A stretch of DNA of 64,000 bases from Stegostoma tigrinum (Eukaryota). Positions within the stretch are counted from its first letter, which is position 1. Each line of letters opens with the position of its first letter. Both the position numbers and the translations under genes were made by a program. Of this stretch, positions 62,790 through 64,000 are shown in pieces. Location: NCBI RefSeq assembly GCF_030684315.1, contig NC_081356.1, forward strand, positions 87,156,835-87,220,834, written 5' to 3'. Below the pieces are notes generated by a model. It did no database searches. It was not told where the DNA came from and saw only the letters and a program-made list of their open reading frames with translations.

Positions 62790-64000
62790 TCAAAAAACAC
62801 TTAAATGCATGTGGTATTCAGAAAAAAAGTGAATTATTCGTATAGAAATAAATGGGTACAATCTTATAGCCATTATCAAGGCACGGTCAACGGGAAATCA
62901 AAGCTGGGAACTTGACATGTGGCCTTTTGAAATAACAGGTTAGAAGATCAAGTTGATGGGAACAGCTTTGTTAGTGTGAGATAACAAGAAATGATGATGT
63001 AAAATCCTTATGAGTGGCAATAAGAAATAATAAGAGAAAGAAGACACTAGTGATGTAGTTCCGATATTTCAGTTGTGCCATTAGGGTGGCAGTGAGAGAT
63101 GATATAGGTTCTATGGAGTAAAATGTTGGATCAATGTGGGCGAAAATTAGAAATAGAAAGGCAAAAATGTCACTGATAGGCATAGTCTGTAGGCCACCAA
63201 ATAATAAAATTATGGTGGGCTGGGCAATAAACAAAAAAAGAACTGACGCCTGTAAAAATGGCACTGCAATTATCATGCGAGATTCTAATCCACATATTGA
63301 TTGGTCAAAACAAATTGGTCAAGGCACCCCTGAGGGGGAGTTCATAGAATGCACCTGTGATAGTTTCCAAAAACAGCGTGTAATGGAACCTGCAAAGGAG
63401 AAAACTATCCTGGATCTGGTCCTGTGTAATGGGGCAGGAATAATTCATGATCTCATAGTTAGAGACCCTCTCAGAAAGCGCAATCACGGTATTTAAAATA
63501 GAGATGCAGGGTGAGAAGATAAAATCTAATACAGTATTTTGTGCTTCAACAAAGGAGACTACAATGGCATGAGGAGCAGTTGGCTCAAGTAGACTGGGAT
63601 CAAAGACTGTATGGTGACAAAATTGAGGAACAGTGAAAGACTTTCAAAGCAATTTTTCATAGTGTTCAGCAAATGTATACACGAGTGAAAAGTAAGGATG
63701 GCAGGAAAAGGGATAATCAGCCATGGATAAGAAAATAAAGGAGGCTATCAAATCGACTGCTAATGCATTCAAACTGGCAAAGATTAGTGGGGAACTAGAG
63801 GATTGAGAAATCTTTAAAGGTCAACAGAAAGCCGCAAGAGAAGCCATAAAGAAACATAAGGTAGAGTATGAGAGTAACCTAGCTCAGAATATAAAAGCAG
63901 ATAGCAAAAGTTTCTACAAATATATAAAACAAAAAAGAGTGGCTAAAGCAAACATTGGTCTTTTAGAGGATGAGAAGGGTGATTTAATAATGGGAAATGA
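62790..64000 (+). mobile_element. CR1 ORF2 endonuclease region, decayed, runs off window
   Basis: WAKIRNRK..LIGIVCRPPN..IIMRDSNPHIDW..ILDLVLCN; IKADSKSFYKYIK. Confidence 0.85.

Noticed and set aside
57510-64000. lix1 exon 2
   Set aside because: No NVV..LQEFWE-like exon found by eye; probably beyond the window.

Overview
Eukaryotic, AT-rich and repeat-dense DNA. The repeat content (HE1/V-SINE-like and DeuSINE-like SINEs, many CR1/L2 LINEs) points to an elasmobranch (shark); the species cannot be fixed from sequence alone. The window holds a complete 10-exon riok2 gene (+, 16245-39604, 545 aa, all GT-AG, kinase motifs intact) and coding exon 1 of lix1 (+, 57428-57509), in the same order and orientation as in human. 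Almost all ORFs in the supplied track are spurious or TE-derived. The strongest signal is a set of Penelope-like retroelement (PLE, Neptune-type RT + GIY-YIG) derivatives carrying minimal hammerhead-ribozyme cores (CTGANGA-stem II-GAAAC-GTH) in at least two sequence families. Five are fold-back (inverted) insertions with the same asymmetry: only one arm keeps a ~30-nt tail. Several have 11-17 bp target duplications, and breakpoints cluster at the hammerhead. The largest is a young ~2.06-kb near-perfect palindrome in riok2 intron 4, inserted into the hammerhead of an older fold-back copy. It has two intact hammerhead cores and an ATG-started stand-alone GIY-YIG ORF on each strand. TE boundaries are by eye and approximate; exon boundaries were checked base by base.
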